DNA of 64,000 bases. It comes from the human T2T-CHM13v2.0 reference genome, Homo sapiens. The translations under genes were made by a program, and so were the position numbers. This document shows, in pieces, positions 1 to 13,879 of this stretch (position 1 is its first letter; each line of letters begins with the position of its first letter). Below the pieces are notes generated by a model. That model was not told where the DNA came from and searched no databases. It saw only the letters and a list, made by a program, of their open reading frames with translations. The DNA lies in assembly GCF_009914755.1 (NCBI RefSeq), contig NC_060933.1; one strand, written 5' to 3'.

Positions 1-166
1 CATTCCATTCCATTCCATTCCATTCCATTCCATTCCGTTCCATTCCGTTCCATTCCATTCCATTCCATTCTATTCGGGTGAATTCTATTCCATTCCATTC
101 CATTCCATTCTATTCCATTCCATTGCAATCGAGTTGAATCCATTGCATTCCATTCCATTCCATTCC

Positions 167-181
167 ATTCCGGAAGATTCC
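167..181. promoter_or_regulatory. Perfect three-unit heat shock element motif aTTCc-gGAAg-aTTCc (first of ~45 in the window)
   Basis: Matches nTTCnnGAAnnTTCn exactly. Other starts are 5275, 7553, 7838, 8641, 8976, 9814, 10627, 13253, 15404, 17187, 17411, 18134, 18848, 19072, 20380, 21293, 23176, 24869, 25339, 26112, 26900, 29943, 31455, 33694 and 35589, the 17 equivalents in copy 2, 59561 and 63156. The motif match is seen directly. HSF1 occupancy is inferred. Confidence 0.65.
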
Positions 182-614
182 ATTCCATTGCAATCCATTC
201 CATTCCATTCCCCTGCACTCGCGTTGATTCCATTCCATTCCATTCCATTCCATTCCATTCCGTTCCGTTCCGTTCCATTCCATTGCATTCCATTCCGTTC
301 CGTTCCGTTCCGTTCCATTCCATTCCATTCTATTCGGGTTAATTCCATTCCATTCCATTCGATTGCAATCAAGTTAATTCCATTCCATTCCATTCCATTC
401 CATTCCATTCCATTCCATTCCATTCCTTTCCATACCATTACGGATGATTCCATTCCATTGCATTCCATTCCATTCCATTCCCCTGTACTCGGGTTGATTC
501 CATTCCATTCCATTCCATTCCATTCCGTTCTGTTCCGTTCCATTCCATTCCATTCCATTCCATTCCATTCCGTTCCGTTCCGTTCCATTCCATTCCATTC
601 CATTCCATTCTATT

Positions 615-3100
615 CTGGTTTATTCCATTCCATTCCATTCCATTGCAATCGAGTTGATTCCATTCCATTCCATTCCATTCCATTCCATTCCTTTCCATTA
701 CATTACGGATGATTCCATTCCGTTTCATTCCATTCCATTCCATTCCCCTGTACTCGGGTTGATTCCATTCCATTCCATTCAAATCCATTCCATTCCACTC
801 GTGTTGATTCCATTCTTTCCATTCCATTCAAGATGAATCCATTCCATTGCAATCCATTCCATTCGATTCCATTCGATTGCACTCGTGTTGATGCCATGGC
901 ATTGCATTCCATTCCATTCCATTCCATTCCATTCCATTCCATTCCTTTCCATTCCATTCCATTCCATTCGGATGCATTCTATTCAATTCGCTTACACTCC
1001 ATTACATTACATTGCATTCGGGTAGTTTCCAATCCATTCCATTCCATTCCATTCCTCTCCATTCCATTGCACTCGTTTTGATTCCATTCCATTCCATTCC
1101 ATTCCATTCCATTCCATTCCATTCCATTCCGGATGATTCCATTCCATGGAATTCCATTGCATTCCATTCCCCTGCACTTGGGTTGATTCCATTCCATTCC
1201 ATTGCATTCCTTTCTGTTCCATTCCATTCCATTCCATTCCATTCCATTCTATTCGTGTTAATTCCATTCCATTCTATTCCATTCCATTCCATTGAAATTG
1301 AGTTGATTCCATTCCATTCCATTCCATTCCATTCCATTCCATTCCATTCCATTCCATTCCGTTCCGTTCCGTTCTGTTCCGTTCCTTTCCATTCCATTCC
1401 ATTCCATTCTATTCGGGTTAATTCCATTCCATTCCATTCGATTGCAATCGAGTTGATTCCATTCCATTCCATTCCATTCCGTTCCGTTCCATTCCATTCC
1501 ATTCCATTCCATTCTATTCTGGTTTATTCCATTCCATTCCATTCGATTGCAATCGAGTTGATTCCATTCCATTCCATTCCATTCCATTCCATTCCATTCC
1601 ATTCCATTCCATTCCTTTCCAATACATTACGGATGATTCCATTCCGTTTCATTCCATTCCATTCCATTCCCCTGTACTCGGGTTGATTCCATTCCATTCC
1701 ATTCAAATCCATGCCATTCCACTCGTGTTGATTCCATTCTTTCCATTCCATTCAAGATGAATCCATTCCATTGCATTCCATTCCATTCGATTCCATTCGA
1801 TTCACTCGTGTTGATTCCATGGCATTGCATTCCATTCCATTCCATTCCATTCCATTCCATTCCATTCCATTCTTTCCATGCCATTCCAATCCATTCGGAT
1901 GCATTCTATTCAATTCCCTTACACTCCATTACATTACATTGCATTCGGGTAGTTTCCATTCCATTCCATTCCATTCCATTCCTCTCCATTCCATTGCACT
2001 CGGGTTGATTCCATTCCATTCCATTCCATTCCATTCCATTCCGGATGATTCCATTCCATGGAATTCCATTGCATTCCATTCCCCTGCACTTGGGTTGATT
2101 CCATTCCATTCCATTCCATTCCTTTCTGTTCCATTCCATTCCATTCCATTCCATTCCATTCCATTCTATTCGTGTTAATTCCATTCCATTCTATTCCATT
2201 CCATTCCATTGAAATCGAGTTGATTCCATTCCATTCCTTTCCATTCCATTCCATTCCATTCCATTCCATTCCGTTCCGTTCTGTTCCGTTACGTTCCATT
2301 CCATTCCATTCCATTCTATTCGGGTTAATTCCATTCCATTCCATTCGATTGCAATCGAGTTGATTCCATTCCATTCCATTCCACTCCATTCCATTCCATT
2401 CCATTCCATTCCATTCCTTTCCATTACATTACGGATGATTCCATTCCATTGCATTCCATTCCATTCCATTCCCCTGTACTTGGGTTGATTCTATTTCATT
2501 CCATTCCATTCCATGCCATTCCACTCGTGTTGATTCCATTCTTTCCATTCCATTCAAGTTGAATCCATTCCATTGCATTCCATGCCATTCCACTCGTGTT
2601 GATTCCATTCTTTCCATTCCATTCAAGTTGAATCCATTCCATTGCATTCCATTCCATTCGATTCCATTCGATTGCACTCGGGTTGTTTCCATTCCATTGC
2701 ATTCCATTCCATTCCATTCCATTCCGTTCCATTCCATTCCATTACATTACATTCGGATTGATTCTATTCAATTCCCTTACACTCCATTACATTACATTCC
2801 ATTCGGGTAGTTTCCATTCCATTCCATTCCATTCCTCTCCATTCCATTGCACTCGGGTTGATTCCATTCCATTCCATGCCATTCCATTCCATTCCATTCC
2901 CTTCCATTCCGGATGATTCCATTCCATTGAATTCCATTCCATTCCATTCCCCTGCACTTGGGTTGATTCCATTCCATTCCAATCCATTACATTCCTTTCA
3001 GTTCCATTCCATTCCATTCCATTCCATTCCATTCCATTCCATTCTATTCGTGTTAATTCCATTCCATTCTATTCCATTCCATTCCATTGAAATCGACTTG
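615..3100 (+). repeat. ~0.9-kb unit in two close copies and a third, more diverged copy
   Basis: CTGCACTTGGGTTG occurs at ~1172, ~2084 and ~2952. TATTCGTGTTAATT occurs at ~1250, ~2167 and ~3045. TCGGATGCATTCT and CCATGGAATT occur only in the first two copies. Confidence 0.75.
2511..2648 (+). repeat. 69-bp perfect tandem duplication
   Basis: CCATGCCATTCCACTCGTGTTGATTCCATTCTTTCCATTCCATTCAAGTTGAATCCATTCCATTGCATT occurs at 2511 and 2580. Confidence 0.9.
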
Positions 3101-6100
3101 AATCCATTCCATTCCATTCCATTCCATTCCATTCCATTCCATTCCGGATGATTCCATTCCATTGCATTCCAATCCATTCCATTCCCCTGCACTCGGGTTG
3201 AATCCATTCCATTCCATTCCATTACATTCCGTTCCATTCCATTCCATTCCATTCTATTCGGGTTAATTCCATTCCATTCCATTCCACTCCATTCCAGTCC
3301 TTTCCATTCCACTCCACTCGGGTTGATTCCATTCTATTCCTTTCCATTCCATTCCATTCCATTGCAATCGAGTTGATTCCATTCGAGTTGAATCCATTCC
3401 ATTCCATTCCATTCCATTACATTGCACACGGGTTCATTCCATTCCATTCCATTCCATTCCATCCAATTCCTTTCCATTCCATTCCATTGCATTCCATGCC
3501 ATTGCACTCGGGTTGATTCCATTCCTTTCCATTCCATTCTTGTTGAATCCATTCCATTCCATTCCATTCCATTCGTATCCATTCCATTGCACTCGGGTTG
3601 ATTCCATTCCATTCCATTCCAATCCATTTCATTCCATTCCATTCCATTAAATTCGGATTGATTCTGTTCAATTCCCTTACACTCCATTACATTCCATTCC
3701 ATTCGGGATGTTTCCATTCCATTCCATTCCATTCCACTCCATTCCATTGCATTGGGTTGATTGCATTCCTTTCCATTCCATTCCATTCCATTCCGGATGA
3801 TTCCATTCCATTGCATTCCATTCCATTCCATTCCCCTGCACTCGGGTTGATTACATTCCACTCCATTCCCTTCCATTCCTTTCCATTCCATTCCATTCCA
3901 TTACAATCGAGTTGATTCCATTCCATTCCATTCCATTCCATTCCATTCCTTTCCATTCCGGATGATTCCATTCCATTGCGCTCCATTCCATTCCATTCCC
4001 CTGCACTCGGGTTGATTCCATTCCATTTCATTCCATTACATTCCGTTCCATTCCATTCCATTCCATTCTATTCGGGTTAATTCCATTCCATTCCATTCCA
4101 TTCCATTCCATTCCATTCCATTCCATTCCATTCCATTGCAATCGAGTTGATTCCATTCCATTGCATTCCATTCCATTCCATTCCATTCCAATCGATTTGA
4201 TTCCATTCCATTCCATTCCATTCCAGTCCATTCCAGTCCTTTCCATTCCATTCCACTCGGGTTGATTCCATTCTATTACTTTCCATTCCATTCCATTCCA
4301 TTCGAATCCATTCCATTGCACTCGGTTTGATTCCATTCCATTCCATTCCATTCCATTTCATTCCATTCCATTCCATTACATTCGGACTGATTCTATTCAA
4401 TTCCCTTACACTCCATTACATTCCATTCCATTCGGGATGTTTCCATTCCATTCCATTCCATTCCACTCCATTCCATTGCACTCCGGTTGATTGCATTCCA
4501 TTCCATTCCATTCCATTCCGGATGATTCCATTCCATTGCATTCCATTGCGTTCCGTTCCCCTGCACTCGGGTTGATTATATTCCATTCCATTCCCTTCCA
4601 TTCCCTTCCATTCCATTCCATTCTATTGCAATCGATTTGATTCCATTCCATTCCATTCCATTCCATTCCATTCCATTCCATTCCATTGCATTCCATTCCA
4701 TTCCATTCCATTCCGTCTGATTGCATTCCATTGCATTCCATTCCATTCCATTCCCCTGCACTCGGGTTGATTCCATTCCATTTCATTCCATTACATTCCG
4801 TTCCATTCCATTCCATTCCATTCTATTCAGGTTAATTCCATTCCATTCCATTCCATTCCATTCCATTGCAATCGAGTTGATTCCATTCCATTCCATTCCA
4901 TTCCATTCCATTACAATCGATTTGATTCCATTCCATTCCATTCCATTCCATTCCGGATGATTCCATTCCATTGCATTCCATTCCATTACATTCCCCTGCA
5001 CTCGCGTTGATTCCATTCCATTCCATTCCATTCCATTCAATTCCATTGCATTACAATTCGTTCCATTCCATTCTATTCCGTACCATTCCATTCCATTCCA
5101 TACCATTCCATTCCATTCCATTCCATTCCATTCCGTTCCATTCCGTTCCATTCCATTCCATTCAATTCTATTCGGATTAATTCCATTCCATTCCATTCCA
5201 TTCCATTCTATTCCATTCCATTGCAATCGAGTTGAATCTATTGCATTTCATTCCATTCCATTCCGTTCCATTCCATTCCGGAAGATTCCATTCCATTGCA
5301 TTGCATTCCATTCCATTCCCCTGCACTCCCGTTGATTCCATTCCATTCCATTCCATTCCATTCCATTCCATTCCATTCCATTCCGTTCCTTTCCATTCCA
5401 TTCCATTCCATTCCATTCCATTCCGTTCCGTTCCATTCCATTCCATTCCATTCTATTCGGGTTAATTCCATTCCATTCCATTCGATTGTAATCGAGTTGA
5501 TTCCTTTCCATTCCATTCCACTCCATCCCATTCCTTTCCATTCCATTCCACTCGGGTTGATTCCATTTTATTCCTTTCCATTCCATTCCATTCCATTGCA
5601 ATCGAGATGATTCCATTCGAGTTGAATCCATTCCATTCCATTCCATTCCATTCAATTGCACACGGGTTCATTCCATTCCATTCCATTCCATTCCATTCCA
5701 TTCCATTCCATTTCATTCCATTCCATTTCATTCCATTCCATTCTATTCCGTACCTTTCCATTCCATTCCATTCCATTCCATGCCATTACACTCGGGTTGA
5801 TTCCATTCCTTTCCATTCCATTCTTGTTGATTCCATTCCATTCCATTCCATTCCATTCGAATCCATTCCATTGCACTCGGTTTGATTCCATTCCATTCCA
5901 TTCCATTGCATTCAGACTGATTCTATTGAATTCCCTTACACTCCATTACATTCCATTCCATTCGGGATGTTTCCATTCCATTCCATTCCATAACATTCCA
6001 TTGCATCGGGTTGATTCCATTCCATTCCGTTCCATTCCATTCCATTCCATGCCATTCCGTTCAATTCCATTCCATTCTATTCGGGTTAATTCCATTCCAT

Positions 6101-7549
6101 TCCATTCCATTGCATTCAAATTCCATTCCACTACATTCCAATCGAGTTGATTCCATTCCATTCCATTCCATACCATTCCATTCCATTCCATTCTATTCGG
6201 GTTAATTCCATTCCATTCCATTTCATTGCATTCCATTCCATTCTATTCCATTCCATTGCAATCGAGTTGAATCCATTGCATTTCATTCCATTCCATTCCA
6301 TTCCATTCCATTACGGATGATTCCATTCCATTGCATTCCATTCCATTCCATTCCCCTGTACTCGGGTTGATTCCATTCCATTCCATTCCAATCCATGCCC
6401 TTCCACTCGTGTTGATTCCATTCTTTCCATTCCATTCAAGTTGAATCTATTCCATTGCATTCCATTCCATTCGATTCCATTCGATTGCACTCGGGTTGAT
6501 TCCATTCCATTGCATTCCATTCCATTCCATTCCATTCCATTCCATTCCATTCCGTTCCATTCCATTACATTCGGATTGATTCTATTCAATTTCCTTACAC
6601 TCCATTACATTCCATTCCATTCGGGTAGTTTCCATTCCATTCCATTCCATTCCTCTCCATTCCATTGCACTCGGGTTGATTCCATTCCATTGCATTCCAT
6701 TCCATTCCATTCAATTCGATTCCGTTCCATTCCATTCCATTACATTCGGATTGATTCTATTCAACTCCCTTACTCTCCATTACATTCCATTCCATTCGGG
6801 TTGTTCCATTCCATTCCATTCCATTCCACTCCATTCCATTGCACTCGGGTTGATTCCATTCCTTTCCATTCCATTCCATTCCACTCCATTCCAGTCCTTT
6901 CCATTCCATTCCACTCGGTTTGATTCCAATGTATTCCTTTCCTTTCCATTCCATTCCATTGCAATCGAGTTGATTCCATTGCTTTGCATTCCATTCTATT
7001 CCATTCCATTCCGGATGATTCCATTCCATTGCATTCCATTCCATTCCATTCCCCTGCACTCGCGTTGATTCCATTCCATTCCATTCCATTCCATTCCATT
7101 CCATTCCGTTCCGTTCCGTTCTGTTCCATTCCATTCCATTCCATTCCGTTCCATTCCATTCCATTCCATTCCATTCTATTTGGGTTAATTCCATTCGATT
7201 CCATTCGATTGCAATCGAGTTGATTCCATTCCATTCCATTCCATTCCATTCCATTCCATTCCTTTCCATTCCATTACGGATGATTCCATTCCATTGCATT
7301 CCATTCCATGCCATTCCCCTGCACTCGCGTTGATTCCATTCCATTCCATTCCATTCCATTCCATTCCATTCCATTCCATTCCTTTCCGTTCCGTTCCATT
7401 CCATTCCATTCCATTCCATTCTATTCCGTTCCGTTCCATTCCATTCCATTCCATTCTATTCGGGTTAATTCCATTCCATTCCATTCGATTGCAATCGTGT
7501 TGATTCCATTCCATTCCATTCCATTCCATTCCATTCCATTCCTTTCAAT

Positions 7550-8105
7550 TCCATTCCGGAAGATTCCATTCCATTGCATTCCATTCCATTCCATTCCCCT
7601 GCACTCGTGTTGATTCCATTCCATTCCATTCCATTCCATTCCATTCCATTCCATTCCGTTCCGTTCCATTCCATTCCATTCCATTCTATTCGGGTTAATT
7701 CCATTCCATTCCATTCGATTGCAATCGTGTTGATTCCATTCCATTCCATTCCATTCCATTCCATTCCTTTCCATTCCATTACGGATGATTCGATTCCATT
7801 GCATTCCATTCCATTCCATTCCATTCCATCCCATTCCATTCCGGAAGATTCCATTCCATTGCATTCCATTCCATTCCATTCCCCTGCACTCGTGTTGATT
7901 CCATTCCATTCCATTCCATTCCATTCCATTCCATTCCATTCCGTTCCGTTCCATTCCATTCCATTCCATTCTATTCGGGTTAATTCCATTCCATTCCATT
8001 CGATTGCAATCGTGTTGATTCCATTCCATTCCATTCCTTTCCATTCCATTCCTTTCCATTCCATTACGGATGATTCCATTCCATTGCATTCCATTCCATT
8101 CCATT
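7550..8105 (+). repeat. 285-bp tandem duplication
   Basis: The string CCGGAAGATT...CCCCTGCACTCGTGTTG...TCGATTGCAATCGTGTTG...TACGGATG starts at 7556 and again at 7841. Confidence 0.8.
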
Positions 8106-11100
8106 CCCCTGTACTCGCGTTGATTCCATTCCATTGCATTCCAATCCATGCCCTTCCACTCGTGTTGATTCCTTTCTTTCCATTCCATTCAAGTTGAATC
8201 CATTCCATTGTATTCCATTCCATTCGATTCCATTCGATTGCACTCGGGTTGATTCCATTCCATTGCATTCCACTCCATTCCATTCCATTCCATTCCGTTC
8301 CATTCCATTCCATTACATTCGGATTGATTCTATTCAATTCCCTTACACTCCATTACATTCCATTCCATTCGGGTAGTTTCCATTCCATTCCATTCCATTC
8401 CTCTCCATTCCATTGCACTCGGGTTGATTCCATTCCATTGCATTCCATTCCATTCCATTCAATTCCATTCCGTTCCATTCCATTCCATTACATTCGGATT
8501 GACTCTATTCAACTCCCTTACTGTCCATTACATTCCATTCCATTCGGGTTGTTCCATTCCATTCCATTCCATTCCACTCCATTCCATTGCACTCGGGTTT
8601 ATTCCATTCCATTCCATTCCATTCCATTCCATTCCATTCCATTCCGGAAGATTCCATTCCATTGCATTTCATTCCATTCCATTCCCCTGCACTCGCGTTG
8701 ATTCCATTCCATTCCATTCCATTCCATTCCATTCCATTCAATTCCATTCCATTACAATTCGTTCCATTCCATTCTATTCCGTACCATTTCATTCCATTCC
8801 ATACCATTCCATTCCATTCCATTCCATTCCATTCCATTCCGTTCCATTCTGTTCCATTCCATTCCATTCCATTCTATTCGGGTTAATCCCATTCCATTCC
8901 ATTCCTTTCCATTCTATTCCTTTCCATTGCAATCGAGTTGAATCCATTGCATTTCATTCCATTCCATTCCATTCCATTCCGGAAGATTCCATTCCATTGC
9001 ATTCCATTCCATGCCATTCCCCTGCACTCGCGTTGATTCCATTCCATTCCATTCCATTCCATTCCATTCCATTCCATTCCATTCCTTTCCGTTCCGTTCC
9101 ATTCCATTCCATTCCATTCCATTCCATTCTATTCCGTTCCGTTCCATTCCATTCCATTCCATTCTATTCGGGTTAATTCCATTCCATTCAATTCGATTGC
9201 AATCGTGTTGATTCCATTCCATTCCATTCCATTCCTTTGAATTCCATTACGGATGATTCCATTCCATTGCATTCCATTCCATTCCATTCCCCTGTACTCG
9301 GGTTGATTCCATTCCATTGCATTCCAATCCATGCCCTTCCACTCGTGTTGATTCCATTCTTTCCATTCCATTCAAGTTGAATCCATTCCATTGTATTCCA
9401 TTCCATTCGATTCCATTCGATTGCACTCGGGTTGATTCCATTCCATTGCATTCCATTCCATTCCATTCCATTCCATTCCGTTCCATTCCATTCCATTATA
9501 TTCGGATTGATTCTATTCAATTCCCTTACACTCCATTACATTCCATTCCATTCGGGTAGTTTCCATTCCATTCCATTCCATTCCTCTCCATTCCATTGCA
9601 CTCGGGTTGATTCCATTCCATTGCATTCCATCCCATTCCATTCAATTCCATTCCGTTGCATTCCATTCCATTACATTCGGATTGACTCTATTCAACTCCC
9701 TTACTCTCCATTACATTCCATTCCATTCGGGTTGTTCCATTCCATTCCATTCCATTCCACTCCATTCCATTGCACTCGGGTTTATTCCATTCCATTCCAT
9801 TCCATTCCATTCCATTCCGGAAGATTCCATTCCATTGCATTCCATTCCATTCCATTCCCCTGCACTCGTGTTGATTCCATTCCATTCCATTCCATTCCAT
9901 TCCATTCCATTCCATTCCATTCCGTTCCGTTCCATTCCATTCCATTCCATTCTATTCGGGTTAATTCCATTCCATTCCATTCGATTGCAATCGTGTTGAT
10001 TCCATTCCATTCCATTCCATTCCATTCCATTCCTTTCCATTCCATTACGGATGATTCCATTTCATTGCATTCCATTCCATTCCATTCCCCTGTACTCGGG
10101 TTGATTCCATTCCATTGCATTCCAATCCATGCCCTTCCACACGTGTTGATTCCTTTCTTTCCATTCCATTCAAGTTGAATCCATTCCATTGTATTCCATT
10201 CCATTCGATTCCATTCGATTGCACTCGGGTTGATTCCATTCCATTGCATTCCACTCCATTCCATTCCATTCCATTCCGTTCCATTCCATTCCATTACATT
10301 CGTATTGATTCTATTCAATTCCCTTACACTCCATTACATTCCATTCCATTCGGGTAGTTTCCATTCCATTCCATTCCATTCCTCTCCATTCCATTGCACT
10401 CGGGTTGATTCCATTCCATTGCATTCCATTCCATTCCATTCAATTCCATTCCGTTCCATTCCATTCCATTACATTCGGATTGACTCTATTCAACTCCCTT
10501 ACTCTCCATTACATTCTATTCCATTCGGGTTGTTCCATTCCATTCCATTCCATTCCACTCCATTCCATTGCACTCGGGATTATTCCATTTCATTCCATTC
10601 CATTCCATTCCATTCCATTCCATTCCATTCCGGAAGATTCCACTCCATTGCATTCCATTCCATTCCATTCCCCTGCACTCGCGTTGATTCCATTCCATTC
10701 CATTCCATTCCATTCCATTCCATTCCATTCCATTCCTTTCCGTTCCATTCCATTCGATTCCATTCCATTCCATTCCATTCCGTTCCGTTCCGTTCCATTC
10801 CATTCCATTCCATTCTATTCGGGTTAATTCCATTCCATTCCATTCGATTGCAATCGAGTTGATTCCATTCCATTCCATTCCATTCCATTCCATTCCATTC
10901 CATTCCTTTCCATTCCATTACGGATGATTCCATTCCATTGCATTCCATTCCATTCCATTCCCCTGTACTCGGGTTGATTCCATTCCATTCCATTCCAATC
11001 CATGCCATTCCACTCGTGTTGATTCCATTCTTTCCATTCCATTCAAGTTGAATCCATTCCATTGCATTCCATTCCATTCCATTCCCCTGCAGTCGGGTTG

Positions 11101-13879
11101 ATTCCATTCCATTCCATTCCATTCCATTCCATTCCATTCCATTCCGTTCCGTTCCGTTCCGTTCCGTTCCATTCCATTCCATTCTATTCGGGTTAATTCC
11201 ATTCCATTCCATTCCATTCCATTCCATTCCATTCCAATGGAGTTGATTGCATTCCATTCCATTCCATTCCATTCCACTCCATTCCAGTTCTTTCCATTCC
11301 ATTCCACTCGGGTTGATTCCAATGTATTCCTTTCCATTCCATTCCATTCCATTGCAATCGAGTTGATTCCATTGCTTTGCATTCCATTCCATTCCATTCC
11401 ATTCCAGATGATTCCATTCCATTGCATTCCATTCCATTCCATTCCCCTGCACTCGGGTGGATTCCATTCCATTCCACTCCATTCCGTTCCATTCCATTCC
11501 ATTCCATTGTATTCGGGTTAATTCCATTCCATTCCATTCCATTCCAGTCCAGTCCTTTCCATTCCATTCCACTCGGGTTGATTCCATTCTATTAGTTTCC
11601 ATTCCATTCCATTCCCTTCCATTCCACTCTGGTTGATTCCATTCCTTTCCATTCCACTCGAGTACATTCCCTCCTATTCCACACGGAACGATTCCATTCC
11701 ATTCCATTCCATTCCATTCCATTCCATTCCATTCCATTTCGTTCCATTCCATTTTATTCCATATCATTCCATTCCATTCCGTTCCATTGCATTCCATTCC
11801 ATTCCACTCGTGTTGATTCCATTCCTTCCCATTCCATTCCGTTTGAAGGCATTCCATTCCATTCCATTCCATTCCATTCCATTCCAATCCATTCCATTGT
11901 ACTCGGGTTGATTCCATTCCATTGCATTCCATTCCATTCCATTCCGTTGCATTCCATTCCATTACATTCGGATTGATTCTATTCAACTCCCTTACTCTCC
12001 ATTACATTCCATTCCATTCGGGTTGTTCCATTCCATTCCATTCCATTCCACTCCATTCCATTGCACCCGGGTTGATTGCATTCCATTCCATTCCATTCCA
12101 TTCCGGATGATTCCATTCCATTGCATTCCGTTCCATTACATTCCCCTGCACTCACGTTGATTCCATTCCATTCCATTCAATTCCATTCCATTACAATTCG
12201 TTCCATTCCATTCTATTCCTTACCATTCCATTCCATTCCATACCATTCCATCCCATTCCATTCCATTCCATTCCCTTCCATTCCGCTCCATTGCATTCCA
12301 TTCCATTCTATTCGAGTTAATTCCATTCCATTCAATTCCATTCCATTCTATTCCATTCCATTGCAATCGAGTTGAATCCATTTCATTTCATTCCATTCCA
12401 TTCCATTCCATTCCATTCAGCAAGATTCCATTCCATTGCATTCCATTCCCTTCCATTCCCCTGCACTCGCATTGATTCCATTCCATTCCATTCCATTCCA
12501 TTCCATTCCATTCCATTCCGTTCCATTCCATTCCATTCCATTCCATTCCATTCCATTCCGTTCCATTCCATTCCATTCCATTCTAATCGGGTTAATTCCA
12601 TTCCATTCCATTCGATTGCAATCGAGTTGATTCCATTCCATTCCGTTCCATTCCGTTCCATTCCATTCCATTCCATTCCTTTCCATTCCATTACGGATGA
12701 TTCCATTCCATTGCATTCCATTCCATTCCATTCCCCTGTACTCGGGTTGATTACATTCCATTCCATTCCAATCCATGCCATTCCAGTCGTGTTGATTCCA
12801 TTCTTTCCATTCCATTCAATTTGAATCCATTCCATTGCATTCGATTCCATTCGATTCCATTCGATTGCACTCGGGTTGATTCCATTCCATTGCATTCCAT
12901 TCCATTCCATTCCATTCCATTCCATTCCGTTCCATTCCATTCCATTACATTCGGATTGATTCTATTCAATTCCCTTACACTCCATTACATTCCATTCCAT
13001 TCGGGTAGTTTCCACTCCATTCCATTCCATTCCTCTCCATTCCATTGCACTCGGGTTGATTCCATTCCATTGCATTCCATTCCATTCCATTCCATTCCAT
13101 TCCGTTCCATTCCATTCCATTACATTCGGATTGATTCTATTCAACTCCCTTACTCTCCATTACATTCGATTCCATTCGGGTTGTTCCATTCCATTCCATT
13201 CCATTCCACTCCATTCCATTGCACTCGGGTTGATTCCATTCCATTCCATTCCATTCCGGAAGATTCCATTCCATTACATTCCATTACATTCCATTACCCT
13301 GCACTCGCGTTGATTCCATTCCATTCCATTCCATTCCATTCCATTCCATTCCATTCCATTCCATTCCTTTCCGTTCCATTCCATTCCATTCCATTCCATT
13401 CCGTTCCGTTCCGTTCCGTTCCATTCCATTCCATTCTATTCGGGTTAATTCCATTCCATTCCATTCGATTGCAATCGAGTTGATTCCATTCCATTCCATT
13501 CCATTCCATTCCATTCCATTCCATTCCATTCCTTTCCATTCCATTACGGATGATTCCATTCCATTGCATTCCATTCCATTCCATTCCCCTGTACTCGGGT
13601 TGATTCCATTCCATTGCATTCCAATCCATGCCCTTCCACTCGTGTTGATTCCATTCTTTCCATTCCATTCAAGTTGAATCCATTCCATTCCATTCAATTC
13701 CATTCGATTGCACTCGGGTTGATTCCATTCCATTGCATTCCATTCCATTCCATTCCATTCCATTCCATTCCATTCCATTCCGTTCCTTTCCATTCCATTA
13801 CATTCGGATTGATTCTATTCAATTCCCTTACACTCCATTACATTCCATTCCATTCGGGTAGTTTCCATTCCATTCCATT

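Noticed and set aside
168-176. TTCCGGAA read as a STAT GAS site or an ETS site
   Set aside because: GAS needs TTC-N3-GAA and the spacing here is N2. The ETS core CCGGAAG is present but lacks the usual following T. The in-register three-unit HSE is the better fit, though ETS binding is not excluded.
211-230. G-quadruplex potential from GGGG/GGG on the - strand
   Set aside because: G-runs of three or more are isolated and tens of bases apart. I saw no four-run cluster.
10580-11986. Long ORFs (468 aa here, and hundreds of MEWNG/FHSIP ORFs elsewhere)
   Set aside because: Three pentamers make five codons with no stop on either strand, and GGAAT repeats supply ATG constantly. ORFs overlap in all six frames and have no domain-like content.
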